NCBI RefSeq assembly: GCF_963921235.1
Contig: NC_086097.1
Span: 95,544,001 to 95,608,000 of the forward strand
Direction of reading: 5' to 3'
Length of the DNA: 64,000 nt
Source of the DNA: Mobula hypostoma
Lineage: Eukaryota
The first letter of the stretch is position 1; every line of letters begins with the position of its first letter. The notes under the pieces were generated by a model. It was not told the origin of the DNA and ran no database searches. It worked only from the letters and a program-made list of their open reading frames with translations. Both the position numbers and the translations under genes were made by a program. This document shows positions 1 through 12,899 of this stretch, piece after piece.

Positions 1-103
1 CTGAAGTTGCGTGTCAAATTCCTTTCGAATGACTGACGCAACCGAATCCACTACAATCAATTTCACCCCTTTCAAGATAACATCATCTTCCAGGGACTCG
101 ACT
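1..103 (-). CDS. RAD51B: RAD51 paralog B, coding exon 7 by human numbering (runs off the window start)
   Basis: Acceptor ctag| then (R)VESLEDDVILKGVKLIVVDSVASVIRKEFDTQLQ, containing Walker B LIVVD. Matches the recalled RAD51B segment IESLEEEIISKGIKLVILDSVASVVRKEFDAQLQ. Phase 2 joins exon 6 (CG|A). Confidence 0.95.
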
Positions 104-359
104 CTAGTTTTAGAAAAAGGGAGGGAGAAGGAATAGAAATCATCACAAATCCTTTAACATTCAAAAGTGGAGAGTTGGCTGATTCCTGAGCTAAGGATTA
201 TCCTTTCATAGTGGCCAAAAAAATTAGATCCACATTCTTTTCGAGTTTAGAAAAATACAAAATCTTAATGAAATAGAAAAGATCCTTCCTGATATGATAG
301 AGTAGATGTCAAGATGTTTCCATGAAGAATCTCAAATATGGGTATACATTTATGAAATA

Positions 360-880
360 GAGTGGTAGAGTCCTACAGCATGGAAACTGGCCCTTCGGCC
401 CAACATATCCATGCCGACTGCATTGCCCAGAGAGCTGGACCCACCTGCCAGCATTTGGCCTAGAGACTTCTAAATTCCTCCTAACCACATACTTATCCAG
501 ATAGCTTTTCAAAGTTGCTAATGTGTCCACCTCAACCACTATTTCTAGCAGCTCATTCCAAATATGTGTCATATTTTGCATGAAGTAGTTGACCCTTTTG
601 TGTCCCTTTTAAATCTCTCACCTCTGACGTTAAACCTATGCCCTCTTGTTTTTAGCACCCTATCCCTTACTTGCAGGACATGATAAATGTCTGGAATTCT
701 CTGCCACAAATGGTCATGAAAAATAGATCATTGTGGGTATTAAGAGGAAATAGGAAGTTTGTGCAAGACTGAGGGAACTGGCACAGAAAATGAGATAATA
801 TCTGGGGCATATCAACCATAATGAATGGCAAAGCCTGTCTGATGGGCAAAGTGACCTACCCTGCTCCCATTTTCTTATGT
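360..880. mobile_element. Decayed CR1 LINE 3' fragments in opposite orientations
   Basis: Similar to the CR1 3' ends elsewhere in the window (WNSLP-like coding, GGCCCTTCGGCCC 3' UTR hairpin). Confidence 0.6.
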
Positions 881-1688
881 TTTTAAGATGGGAATGTGGG
901 AAGACAAGGTATCTTTCTATCTCCCTGCAGAATATTTCACTTTAAAGATATTCTTTAGCCTTGAAACAAAGCTAGTCCACCAAGATAAGGTATCAACTAT
1001 GAAATCCAATGTTCACACACAGAGGTAGTTTCATGATAGGGAAGGTCACTCAGTCATGATTGTCACACAGCTTTGCAGATTTGATATTAAAAATCAAATC
1101 AGCCAACTGCAGGTTAGGCTCAAGGGACCAAGTGACTGATTTCTGCTCCTAATTCATTGCTCTATTCCCATGTCAAAAGACGGCTACAGAATGAACCTTG
1201 GGAATTTCTTCTTTGCTCCCTAGTGGGGTGGAGAACTGAGCATTTATCATATCTCCATGCAGACACTAGCTAGTTCACAACAAGCAACTGGGTAACATGA
1301 AATTTAAATAAAAAGGAAATCTATGCAGATTTTAGTGAACACAAAAAATCTGCATTTCCACCAGAATTTGCTTTCAGTCATTCTACACTCATTTCTTGGA
1401 TCATTACAAGTTTCCCAAAAACACCACATAAAAGTACTTCAGGTCCCACTTTGATACATAGCTGTTTCATCAACATCCTCACAACCTTCCCTCTGATTTT
1501 CCAACGGGGAGGGGGAGATTTCCCACAACTAAAATGAGAAAACCAGATCCATCAATTTTTATCTCCCTTCTTTAATAATATGCCTCTCCCTGGGCACCAC
1601 CTCTGCAAGTTTATCATAAGGACTAGGACAAGACTTGCGATCTGGACGGAGTTAGCTGATCTCAGTCAGAGTACAAGTAGTAAGCTAT

Positions 1689-2103
1689 CTTCTCCGTGGA
1701 TTGTCACCTTGTCGTGGTGGAGAAGCTTGTGTGGTCCTGTGATCCCGAGAGCGATGCCGTCTGGAGCTATGCTCCTGGTAGGGTCACCCATGGCAGTAAG
1801 GTCGAGGGTGAGATCTCCGACAAAGAACAATCCAACCAAGACCTCAACGGTGGAACAGGCGGACGAAGTTACTTCGAACTCAACGGCTGTGAAGGCGGAT
1901 GAAGGCTGCAACAAATCCATCAGCTCCAATTGTCGTGGTTTCCATGCCATTGGAATCAGTTGGTTGATTTGTGAAGTATCATGTGCTTCTTGGATTTCAA
2001 CATCAAGTACACGTTAAACAAATACACGCACAGGCGTCTTTACTCTGTGGGCCACTTCTTCAGAACGAAGACCATCATCCTTGACCTCGAGGGATAGCCA
2101 TGA
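1689..2103 (+). mobile_element. Non-autonomous RTE-derived (bipartite 5' UTR + 3' end) retroposon
   Basis: Flanked by the 10-bp direct repeat AGTAAGCTAT (1679-1688, 2104-2113). The 5' part CCTTGTCGTGGTGG...GAGCTATGC...GGTAGGGTCACCCA resembles the conserved RTE-clade 5' UTR. Ends GGGATAGCCATGA. Confidence 0.7.
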
Positions 2104-2514
2104 AGTAAGCTATAATGTGATTGCTACCTTCCCAAGAAACAGCACCTTAAGAAGGTCAATGTTATAGTAGATCAGGCTTTAGTTGCCTTTTATCTATCAA
2201 AATCAGTTTATAAGCAAAGCTGCCCACATTATGTAAATAGTGTTCCTTAATCTATCAAATACATAATGGAAACATGTCTTACAAAGAACTACCTGTACTT
2301 AAATCAGCTAGTGATACAGACAGAAGAATGAAGATTCAACTGACAAAGCACAAAGATACAAGATGATAGAAATCGAGGATCATAGACAGCTCAGGTAGCT
2401 CATAACATTCTTATGTTGAAGGTGAAAAGATACAGAATACGAAGGGATTGAAAACGCAGATGAGAATATAACAAACAGGCTTTGGCCAGATTGTAAACAA
2501 AGTAGGTTAGTGAG

Positions 2515-3075
2515 GCTTACAACAAGCTGGAGGAACTCAGCAGGTCGGGCAGCATCCGTGGAAACGAACAGTCGACGTTTCGGGCCGGAACCCTTCATCA
2601 GGACTATAGAGGGAAGGGGCAGAGGCCCTATAAAGAAGGTGGGGGGAGGGTGGGAAGGAGAAGGCTGGTAGGTTCCAGGTGAAAAACCAGTAAGGGGAAA
2701 GTTAAAGGGGTGGGGGAGGGGAAGTAGGGAGGTGATAGGCAGGAAAGGCGAAGAAGGAATAGGGGAAAGCACAATGGGTAGTAGGAGGCAGCGGAACCAC
2801 GAGGGAACCATAGACAGTTGGGGGAGGGGGCAAAGTGAAATAGGGATAGGGGTAGGGAGGAGGAGGGAATTACCGTAAGTTGGAGAATTCAATGTTCATG
2901 CCCAGGGGCTGGAGACTACCCAGACAGTATATGAGGTGTTGCTCCTCCAACCTGAGTTTGGCCTCATCATGGCAGTAGAGGAGGTCATGTATGGACATAT
3001 CCAAATGGGAACGTGAAGCAGAGTTGAAGTGGGTGGCAACCGGGAGATCCTGTCTATTGTGACAGAGTAGTGGAT
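2515..3075 (-). mobile_element. Penelope-like element 3' fragment (end of GIY-YIG region plus pLTR)
   Basis: Reverse complement of the 3' end of the element at 41460-42002; includes a hammerhead motif. Confidence 0.85.
2570..2605 (-). ncRNA. Minimal type I hammerhead ribozyme motif, intact core
   Basis: AGTC CTGATGA AGGGTTCCGGCCC GAAAC GTC GACT: stem I AGTC/GACT, CUGANGA core, stem II GGG/CCC, GAAA, palindromic ACGT stem III and a GUC cleavage triplet. Confidence 0.75.
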
Positions 3076-4205
3076 GAGGTGTATATGGATTTTAATAAGG
3101 CATTTGTCAAGGTTCCCCATGGTAGGCTTATTCAGATATTCAAGAGGCATAGGATCTGGGGAAGCTTGGCTATATAGATTCAGAATTGGCTTGTCCAAAG
3201 AAGGCAGTAGTAATTGAGCATATTCTGCCTGGAGGTCGATGACCAGTGGTGTTCTGTTGGGATCTGTACTGGGACCACTGCTCTTCACTAAATTTATAAA
3301 TGACTTGGAAGTGGAAGGATGGATTAGTAGTTTTGTGGGTCAATTGAAGATTGGTGTTGTGGATAGTGTAAAATATTCTGTCGTAGGTTACAATGGGACA
3401 TTGACAGCATGCAGAGCTGGGCTGAGGTGTGGCAGATGGAGTTCAATCCAGGAAAGGGTGAAGTGATTAACTTTCTAAGTTCGAACTTGAAGGCAGAATT
3501 CAGGGTTAAAGGCAGGATCCTTAACAATGTGGAGGAACAGAGGGATCTTGGTGTCCACGTCCATAGATCCCTCAGTTACCCTGCAAGTAGATAGGGTTGA
3601 TAAAAAGGAGTATGGTGTGTAGGCCTTCATTGGAGGGGGGATTGAGTTCAAGAGTTGCAAGGTAATGTTGCAGTTCTGGTTTGACCATGTTTGGTTTTGG
3701 TCACCTCATTATAGGGAGGATGTGGAAGCTTTAGAGAGGATATAGAGGAGATTAACCAGGATGCATGTCTTATGAGGATAAGCTGAATGATCTAGGGTTT
3801 TTCTTTTTGGAGAGGAGGAGGATGAAAGGTGACTTGATAGAGGTGTACAAGATGGTAAGAGGCAACGATAGAGTGGACAACTAGTAACCTCTCCAGGGCC
3901 TGAAATGGCTAATATCAGGGGGCATAACGTTAAGGTTTTTGGAGTAAAGTATATAGGGGAATATCAGAGGCAGTTTTTTTTTTATAAACACAGGGAGTAG
4001 TGGGTGCATGGAATGCACCACCAGCAGTGATGGTGGAGGCAGATATATTGGGCACGTTTAAGCATCTCTTAGGTAGGCACATGGACGAAAGAAAAATTGA
4101 GTGCTGTGTAGGAGGGAAGAGTTAGATTGATCTTAGAGTAGGTTAAAGGATCGGCAGAACATTGTGGGCTGAATGGCCTATACTGTGCTGTCCCATTCTA
4201 CATTC
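3070..4205 (+). mobile_element. CR1 LINE, degenerate RT to 3' end
   Basis: Fragments VYMDF.KAF, SGV..GSVLGPLLF, WAEVWQMEFNPGK; many stops and frameshifts. Confidence 0.85.
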
Positions 4206-5289
4206 TAATAACTGACGACATGTCCACAGCTCTATAATCTCGAAGGTTTATAGCACAGTGTGCAGAAATTCCTTCTCTTCAGTTCAAGGTTATGAGGCCA
4301 AGCCCTCTGACTGTCCAGCCAGAGGAAACATTCTCAGGATTTTGTGTCTCAATAATGTTTTTTATCTCTCATTTTACTATCAAGTACTGTACCTCTCATT
4401 CACCTCCTGTTAATTTAAGGCAACACAACACAATCTAACCTTGTAGGGCAAGACTTCTTATCAAGAGCAAAGGAATCTAAAGGGCATCACTTCCACTTAT
4501 ATCCTCCTTGGGGAAAATATGCACTTTCAAACTGCATAAAGTTCTTATATGGATATTTGCAGAAATACTCACACTTACACTTCATTATTGCTGTGGTCAA
4601 CAACCCATTCAACTTCCAAACAAGAGGCTCCACTTCCACCTTACTTTTCTGTCTTTGGTTTACCAAAATCACCAGACTGCCTGCATATCAACATTTACTA
4701 GCTTCTAACTACTGAAAAAATTGTTTTTCTGTTCTTCTTCCCAAAATGAATAACCTCACATTCTACCACAGAACATCAAGGCTTCTTCCACTTTCATTCT
4801 CCAGCTCTTTTGCAGTGAAGGCCAACGTTCCCCTAAGGCTCCAATAATCCATTTCCTGACTATTCAGAAATCCTATGCTCTTTTTTTAAACAGACCAGGA
4901 TCTTGTTTCCTGAACATCCCTTAAAAGTGATCTGAATCACTGAGAAATGCTATGCATCATCTAAAAAGTGAATTAAAATGTAGTAAGGTATTAATGAATA
5001 ACAGCCAATATTCTGGAAATTTGCAAATCCAGCACCAAAGAACTGAGCACGGCAGATCATCACAGTTTTACAGCTTTGTACTTTCTGCATTAGGACAACA
5101 TATAGTTCTGTGCAGTGTTCTGTAACCTGTCTATGTTCAAACAATATCTTGTTTCTGTTCTTCCTCCTGAAGCAGACAACTTCATTTTCTTTCACATTAC
5201 GAACCACTCACAAAATTTTCGCTTTTGTATTCCTTTGAAGACCATGTGTTCTCCACACATCTATCAATAAATCTGGCTACTCTCTGTAG

Positions 5290-5640
5290 TTACTGCCTCT
5301 TACACCACTAGTGTTTAGGGCAGCAATGAAGACTTCCATCTCCGTCTGTCCTTGGCCATCTTCTCTATTGTGCCCCAGGTGTGGTTTAGAGTCCTCATTT
5401 CTGCCTCTATAGTACAGCGCCAAGTTGTCTTTGGTCTCCTGTGTTTCCTACACCCCTCAGAGGTCCAGTCCAATGAAGATCTGTCTTGATGATGGATTTG
5501 CCCTCTCTTCTCATCACATGTCCAATCCATCTCCAGCATTTCCTCATGATGATTGTGGCCATGTCCTCTTGATGACGCTAGAGGAGTAGGACGTGGTTGG
5601 AGATCTTTCTTGGCCAGAAAGTCTGGAGGATCTGCACTCT
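5290..5640 (-). mobile_element. RTE-clade LINE 3' fragment
   Basis: Translation LDWTSEGCRKHRRPKTTWRCTIEAEM...W..IEKMAKDRRRW, the typical RTE ORF C-terminus. Confidence 0.75.
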
Positions 5641-6370
5641 ATGCTTTCATCCAATTCATTGGGATAGATGAGAACTAGTCAAGTGCCTCGCATAGCATTC
5701 AAACTCATTACAGGTCCACTTGAAAATGATCCATTTATCCAAATTCTATTTTGTAAGTGGATTGGCTAATTATTAATATCAATGTATTATCAGCTTGCTG
5801 TGAACTCTGTGCAGTAATGCGTTGTGGTGCTTTAGCTCTTTGGAAACCCAAAAACACTACTGATTGCCCTAAATCCATTCTAATTCCATGTAACAGCCAC
5901 AAGAAAAATTGCCACCACCAATTTTCATTGGTGGTAGTGCCTTCAGCAATTTCAACCCCAAGCTCTTGAATTACTTATTTGAACTCTTCTGTTACATACC
6001 TGCATTTCCCTCAACCCCACACTTTTCCCTTGCCCTTTAAGATGGTCCATAAGATTAAGTTTCGAACCAAGTTTTTACTCATCTACACTGTCATCCCCTT
6101 ATATGGCTTGCCCTAAAAATTAATTTGATGATCGCTCTTGTGAGCACTAAAGCTAAGTATAAAAATACAAGTTGTTTTTGTTGCCATAAATAAGAAAGCA
6201 ATTGAACGCAAGGTAAGAATATAAAAAGCATGTTCTTAGTTGTAACTCGTGACAATATATTTGGAATTTGTGCAAAACAATTTAAATGCAGTGCAATTCT
6301 TTTCCCTTCATGTTCTCAAGATCAAAAAAAGGGAAAACAGAAGGATGAGAATAAAACTGAAATGATTTAC

Positions 6371-6490
6371 CGTCTCAATACATCTGAGCATGTGAGTTCA
6401 CGGTACAGGTGAATCTTATTGGTCATTCTGATCAGGTCCTGCTCTGTACAGAAATAATCGGGGAAGCGGCACCTTGCTATTTCTACCAAC
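6371..6490 (-). CDS. RAD51B: RAD51B exon 6 (120 nt)
   Basis: tttcag|G TTG GTA GAA ... AGA CG|gtaaat; translates LVEIARCRFPDYFCTEQDLIRMTNKIHLYRELTCSDVLR, matching RAD51B; phases fit both neighbours. Confidence 0.95.
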
Positions 6491-6689
6491 CTGAAATAAA
6501 AGTAGACTGAGGTTACATATGAATGCAACTGCTGCTATAGCTCATAGATCACCAAGGGCCCAAACACATGCTACCACAAAGAAATCCCTTGAATATAACC
6601 TCACCATTATCGGAAACACACTCCCTCAAAGAGGAAGATCTCCATCTGTAAAACTTGCATCCAAAAATAATATATCAAATATTTATTCA

Positions 6690-6960
6690 TTGTGATGCAG
6701 CGTGGAATAGGCCTTCTGCCCCTTCGAGCCGCACTGCCAGCAACCCCAGTTTAACCCTAGCCTTATCACAGGATCATTTCCAATGAACAATTTACCTACT
6801 AACCAGTACGTCTTTGAACTGTGGGAGGAAACCAGAGCACCTGGAGAAAACCTATGCATTCCACCGGGAGGACATACAGAATTATTGAAGTAATTTAAAA
6901 TCATATTGAACTCCAAACTCCGATGCCCCGAGCTGCAATAGCATTGCATTAACCACTAAA
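6690..6960 (-). mobile_element. V-domain-type tRNA SINE
   Basis: Contains the GGAGGAAACC(A/G)GAGCACCTGGAGAAAACC V-domain signature and a CR1-like 3' tail. A related copy lies at 14040-15375. Confidence 0.65.
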
Positions 6961-7995
6961 ATAACATTGCGTGCAATATAGAGCATGATCATACAATAAG
7001 CAGCAAGAGCAACTGCAGGTTCATCAGCTTTTGATGGTGCTGATGGAAGGGAGAGGATGTCAGCAAAGCACCATTCTTCAAAGAGCCACTTCTTTCCCAC
7101 CCCTATAAATCAGACAGAACAGGCAATGGCAAACTTGCCAAACTTGGGGGGGAGGGGGGAGGGGAGGGGGGGAGGGGTGCATTCCACAAGGAATGTCTAA
7201 GAATTTGGTTTCAATTCTGTGGCATTTATGCAACAGCTGTTTAATTTGGACCAAGTCTGATTTAATCCAGGTACTGCCATGGGCCAGCACCGGCTAATTG
7301 TCTATCAGAGGAACTGTGAATACCTAGAAGCCTCAGAAACCAGCCCCACTACATCACAAAGGGAACACCGATGAAGGAGCAGATGAACTATATCATCGAT
7401 AATACTGAATTTCTGCAGTGATCCAACTTATATCTTTGAACTGTACTAGATGCTGAACAAAAAGTCTCAGTACTTAACTTCTCTCAGACTCCTGTGACAA
7501 TCACAACATCTACCCTCCTGCAGATCCCAGCCGTTAGTCTGGAGCCAAGTGGTCTCAGTAGAAACCAAAATGTGGTGAACAGGTGATTACCAGGACACAA
7601 GCTCAAAGCCAGTATCAATGTCCTATTTCACCACAACACTGACCATCAGGAGAAGGCACACAGCCTCATTTACTGGCTTAGATAATGCTACATTTATTTT
7701 GCAGTCAAGATACAACTTGTCATGCTTGCACCTTCGGCAAAGTAAATGCTAATGCTTGGCAGGTTGGACTAGCTAGACTTTTCACATCTGGTTTGGGGCT
7801 GCATTTCATCATTAAATCTGGGGATATATTAAAATTCACAGTTTTTACAGTATCTACACACATAAAATAAGTTGCAGTTTTCTTTGTAGTTCACAAAAGA
7901 TTGGGTATATTTCTTACAGTGCAATTTAAGATCTTGATTGTTAGCAGTTCAGTATAGTCGAAGGGCCCATTGTGCCTCAGAACCACTACTCTCAC

Positions 7996-8132
7996 CTTTC
8001 AGCACTGAAAGCAGACTCTGTATCGATGTAAATTACTGTACCATCCAAGCCACCCATGCTGATTGGCAAGGTTGCCAACACACTCAACATTATACAGAAT
8101 TGAGTCTTTCCACAGCCTGAAGGTCCTGTCAC
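7996..8132 (-). CDS. RAD51B: RAD51B exon 5 (137 nt, Walker A)
   Basis: ttcag|GTG ACA GGA ... GAA AG|gtgag; translates VTGPSGCGKTQFCIMLSVLATLPISMGGLDGTVIYIDTESAFSAER, with the P-loop GPSGCGKT and the RecA-family YIDTE motif. Confidence 0.97.
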
Positions 8133-9312
8133 CTGAACACAAAGGAACACATTTAAGAATTATTCCTGCAATAGCTAGTACTAGGTCAACAAGTTTGAAA
8201 AGCGACAGCATTAACCAGAGAGTATCTCAGATGTTGTGTTGCAAGTTGATTCACGTCTTCAGAATAAAAAAGTCAAAATTAATCGCAGCCTGCTACATTT
8301 GCCTACAATATTTGCATTGCTCAAATTCAGCAGAACTGAATTGAAATTACATAACTATATCCATCCAGAAATGTATACTGCTGCAGAAAGAGCATTCTGC
8401 TACAGATCAGTGACAGCAGGTTGGATTCCTGACTCGTACCCCATTTCTTCACCCTAACAGGGATAGTATACCTTACCTTAATGTCCAAAGTCTCCAAAGA
8501 AGTTGGTTAAATGATAGAATCCCTGCTACTGGACTAGGGATGGATGTGTAAAAATGCTACTGGCATAATGCCACAGTAAGATTCAGGGAAAAACTGCAGC
8601 TGATAAAACATGCGAAAATAGTTTCAGCCAATTCCAAACAAGATAGATCAGCTGGTACTCACAGCACACAAATGGGTAATCAAAGATCATTTTAAAAACC
8701 CAGGAAGCATGAGGACGGAATGAACACTGGGTGGTCGGTTTATGATGGATGGAGGTAGAGTATAAAAACATGAAGGGGAAAAGACTTAAGAAAAAGTGTT
8801 TCTTGGAAGGAGTGTGGTACAAAGGGAGATAGAGTGGTAACAATGGGGAATTAGCAGGGTAAAAGTTAATGTGTGATAGACAAAAAGATTTGTTTGGAAA
8901 TGGGAAAAGGAAAGAAAGGGTGAGGAAAAACAAAAGAAAGGTGTTGATATGAATACTGCCTAATTACTGTTTGAGGCCTCAATGTGAACAATGAACTAGT
9001 GGCCCATATGTAAGCAGGTAAGTGGAGGGAGGTTGGACAAAAATTCACAAGGATGGAAGAAATGTTGGGATTTTTAAAAATACTAAAATCAGGACTAAGT
9101 CAAGTTTTTTTTGGGGGGGGGTCAATATTTGTGTGTTAATGTCTCATGACCAATTCATACAATTAATATTTGTAGTACTGCATTTACCCAAGTACAATAA
9201 AACCTCATCTTCAACGGTGAGAAGTCATCTCCAATGTGCTATGACGTCATCAGTTATTAAGAAAAAGTCACTAACAGGAAGAGAAAGGATTGGGTGAATC
9301 TTTGAACCTTAC

Positions 9313-9429
9313 CTCAGTGAGGGTTCCACAAGCCAATCCACCATGAAGAACCTCATCCAGGTCCACCAGAGAAGTGGGGAAGAAGGCAGTGGAAGGGCAA
9401 GAATATCTTTCATTTTTCATTTCAAGTGC
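9313..9429 (-). CDS. RAD51B: RAD51B exon 4 (117 nt)
   Basis: ccag|GCA CTT GAA ... ACT GAG|gtaag; translates ALEMKNERYSCPSTAFFPTSLVDLDEVLHGGLACGTLTE (LD..L.GG motif). Confidence 0.95.
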
Positions 9430-10559
9430 CTGGTGTAAACAACAAAAAAAGTTCTGTTCGCAGCACATCCCATGAATTTACATCACAATGTTATCAATCA
9501 GGAATTTAAAATAATTGCAGCAGACAGTAATCTGGCCTTCTGGGAGGGCATTATGCAAATTTTGATGTTTACACAAACTCAGCGGAGAAGCTTCACAATC
9601 ACCCCCTTACAACTACTAAGTAGAGTGAACAATCCACATGGAGTCCACTAAAATGTTCACATTCAGAATGGCTACAAACAATCTTCTGAAAGAATTCTGC
9701 AGCAGCATCTGAAAGAGGAAAAGAATTGCAGGTGTTTAGGGTCAAGAGAGAATTTGAAGGTGGTTAGCTCCAACACAAGAGACAGCATAAAAGAATGTAC
9801 AGTACGTTACTGCTTCAGCTAATACCAAATACACCAACTGAGGATTTTAGATCCCTTATAAAAATGTGCAAAACGAAGAGCAAAGGGACAAGAGAAAATG
9901 AATGAACTATAATAAAAATCTATAAGTGGAACTATATCTATACTGGAACTTACATTCAGATGGAATGCAGTTTAGTGTTAAAATTTAAAAAACCACATAA
10001 ACACGAACAGCTAGCAGTACACTTTTTGAAAGGAATTTTCCTCACCAGAACACAAGTCCTGGACAAAGCTTCCTGAAGTCAGATATTTCTGATTAGTATC
10101 CAGTTGTACATAGGACAAGCGAAAGCTGTGAAGAGGTATTTAGCTGACTAGCAAAATGACATCTGTGTATTCCCATAAACATCAACTTCAGCAGAAATCA
10201 TCTTCCACTTTGGGTACAAAGTCAACAGATTTTGTAGTCAATTCTCTTGATATTATACAGGTGCTTTACTGTCAGATGCCTTTTGCAGGCAGGGATCACT
10301 GCCACCAAGTACCATGAGATTCGAGTGAGGATTGAGACCCATGTCCAGATACCTTTTCCTCAATCAACCAAAGGGTAAGCTGGCGCTCTAAAGGTGGCTG
10401 TGAATTATATCCCCAATTTCTGCCTTTGTCCAGGAGTGGGTCCCAAGATAAGATGGATTATTCATGTTTTTCAGGATCTGCCATGAACCTTCAGCATCAG
10501 AGCACAGCATGGTGCAAAAGGAGTAGCTTGGTAGAGAACTTTTGTCTTGTGGATGTTGA

Positions 10560-11105
10560 GACCAAGGTCCACCCTTATTGCTTCAATGAACAAAGAAACA
10601 ATGGCTTGGAGTATTATGAGCAGTTTTGCCCTTTATCTAAGAAGCGATGTGCTGGCATTGCAGGGGGTTCCAGGTTTATACCTTGCGTTTCACGGCTCTG
10701 GACCTGTACTCTCTGTTGATTAAAAGAATAATATGGGATCTCATTGAAACCTATTGAAAATTGAAAGGCCTAGATAAAGTGGACATGGAGCGGAAGATTC
10801 CTTTTAGTGGGAAGTCTAGGTCCAGAGGGCACATCATCAGAATACAAGAATGTCCCTTTAGATCACAGATGAGGAGGAATTTTTTTTTACTAGAGGGTAG
10901 TGAGTCTGTGGAATTCATTGCCATAGATGGCTGTGGAGACCAAATAACTGAGTATATTTAAAGTGGATATTGATAGGTTCTTAACAAGAAAGGATGTCAA
11001 AGGTACAGGAGAATGGGATTGAGACGGATAATAAGTCAGCCATGACGGCAGACGAGATCCGCTGGGCCAAATGGCCTAATTGTACTTCTATGTCTTATGC
11101 TCTTA
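10560..11105 (+). mobile_element. CR1 LINE 3' fragment
   Basis: KGLDKVDMER...SRGH..RI...RRNFF coding and a CR1 3' UTR ending TATGTCTTATG. Confidence 0.8.
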
Positions 11106-11291
11106 CGGTTTAACTCACCTCTGAGCATCTGTATATACTTTACTGATGCAAAGAAATTTAAAAAGTACAACGTTGTGGTCTCTCACACCAACCATACAGA
11201 ACAGAATATGATGAGCAATCAATATAACGTCCGCTGTACAATCACATGACAGCATGCAACTGCAGGTCAGGAAACTAATAATTCAGCATTC

Positions 11292-11445
11292 ACACGAGGG
11301 ATTCTGCAGATGCTGGAAATTCAAGCAACACACATCAAAGTTGCTGGTGAACGCAGCAGGCCAGGCAGCATCTCTAGGAAGAGGTACAGTCGGCGTTTCA
11401 GGCCGAGACCCTTTGTCAGGACTAACTGAAGGAAGAGTGAGTAAG
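11292..11445 (-). mobile_element. Short Penelope pLTR fragment with mutated hammerhead (11388-11423)
   Basis: Reverse complement of 18365-18510; core reads CTGACAA...GAAACGCC. Confidence 0.8.
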
Positions 11446-12094
11446 AAAAAAATATATAGTGAGGTAGCATTCGTGGATTCATTGTCCATTCAGAAATGTG
11501 ATGGCACAGGGAAAGAAGCAGTTCCTGAAACGTTGAGTGTGCTTTCTCCGGCTCCTGTATCTCCTCCTTGATGGCAGCAATGAGAAGAGAGCAGGGTACT
11601 TCCTGGGTGTTGGGGGGATATCAGGAATATCCAATAATCCAGAAAATCTGCTGTTCGGGCACTAACAACATCCCTAACATGCTGGATTTTTGGAGTTTTA
11701 CCGGTACCAGGTCATTTGCCACACAAGCCCACAACACTACTGCATCACTTTACTGAAGCATCACCTTGCTGCAGGGGTGCTCAAGAGAAAGCAATATATC
11801 AAGGGTACACATTAAGACCAGATGCAGCAAGCCCAATTGGTAACCTCCTTGTGAGCCAGCAGATGCATAATGGATCAAATGGCCTCCTCCTGGGGCACCT
11901 ATTTTACAATACATCAAATATTGTTCCACTAATGCCTCTACGAATCAACAAAGGTGCAATATGGACTACACCAAGAAGATTTACATCCTCAAAACTAAGA
12001 GAAATGGGGATAGGGAGCATAGAAAGATAGCCAAGGAAGGGAAAATTACACATTCACTTGATACTGTGAACCGAGGAAAGGTGCATTTACTTAC

Positions 12095-12208
12095 GGTAAT
12101 CATTTTAGGAGCACAAGCTTTGCTGACAATTTTTGTCAAAGCATACACTTTATTGATACTCTGACCCATGTGGCGCATCAACTCCAGAGATGAAAGGGAT
12201 AGGAAATC
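12095..12208 (-). CDS. RAD51B: RAD51B exon 3 (114 nt)
   Basis: aacag|GAT TTC ... ATT ACC|gtaag; translates DFLSLSSLELMRHMGQSINKVYALTKIVSKACAPKMIT. Confidence 0.93.
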
Positions 12209-12899
12209 CTGTTAAAAACAGAAGATATACCGCAAAACCTCAGTGAGAGACTAGGCAAGAAAATTGGAATACAATCAGAGGAGTGTGTTGAGTCAGCAAA
12301 TGGGGTACATGTCAGCACCCCATGCCTATTAATTATGTAAAGGACAATGCATGTATACACAATAGGATCATTTAATGTACATCTCCAAAAGCAATCAATT
12401 TTCAAATTTGTCTGTTCAATCTACATGGTGATGCTTATATATTAAAAAAAATCTCTAAAATAAGCTCTCTGGCAGCCAAATAAAAATTCAGAGGATATTG
12501 AGGTAGGAAGACCAGAACTAAGACAGATGAGGCAAAGTTGCATTGAAATAAAAGAAAAAAAAATCATGCAACTCTTCTGATTAGGTTACATCACCCATTG
12601 CATGTCATAACCAAGTCATTTTGATGCGGCACAATTCTAGAAGATAACAGCCACAATGCGCTCAACAAGCCTCAAATCCATCAATGTGAAAAGAACAGAT
12701 AATTAACTAATAGTAATAGTTTAAGAAAAACTATTGTCCATGATCCTGGAAAAATGTTTCTCAATATATAGGGACAAGATATTTTGGGACTTTCTAAGAG
12801 AGAAAATGGTTTCTCATTTCAATCACTTAACTGAAAATAACACCTTTGCAAATGCAGCACTTCCACTGCTGTCCCATGGTGTCAGGGTAGTCCATATAC

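Noticed and set aside
1580..2017. 145-aa ORF as a nested gene
   Set aside because: It crosses the boundary of a TSD-flanked retroposon and has no recognisable domain.
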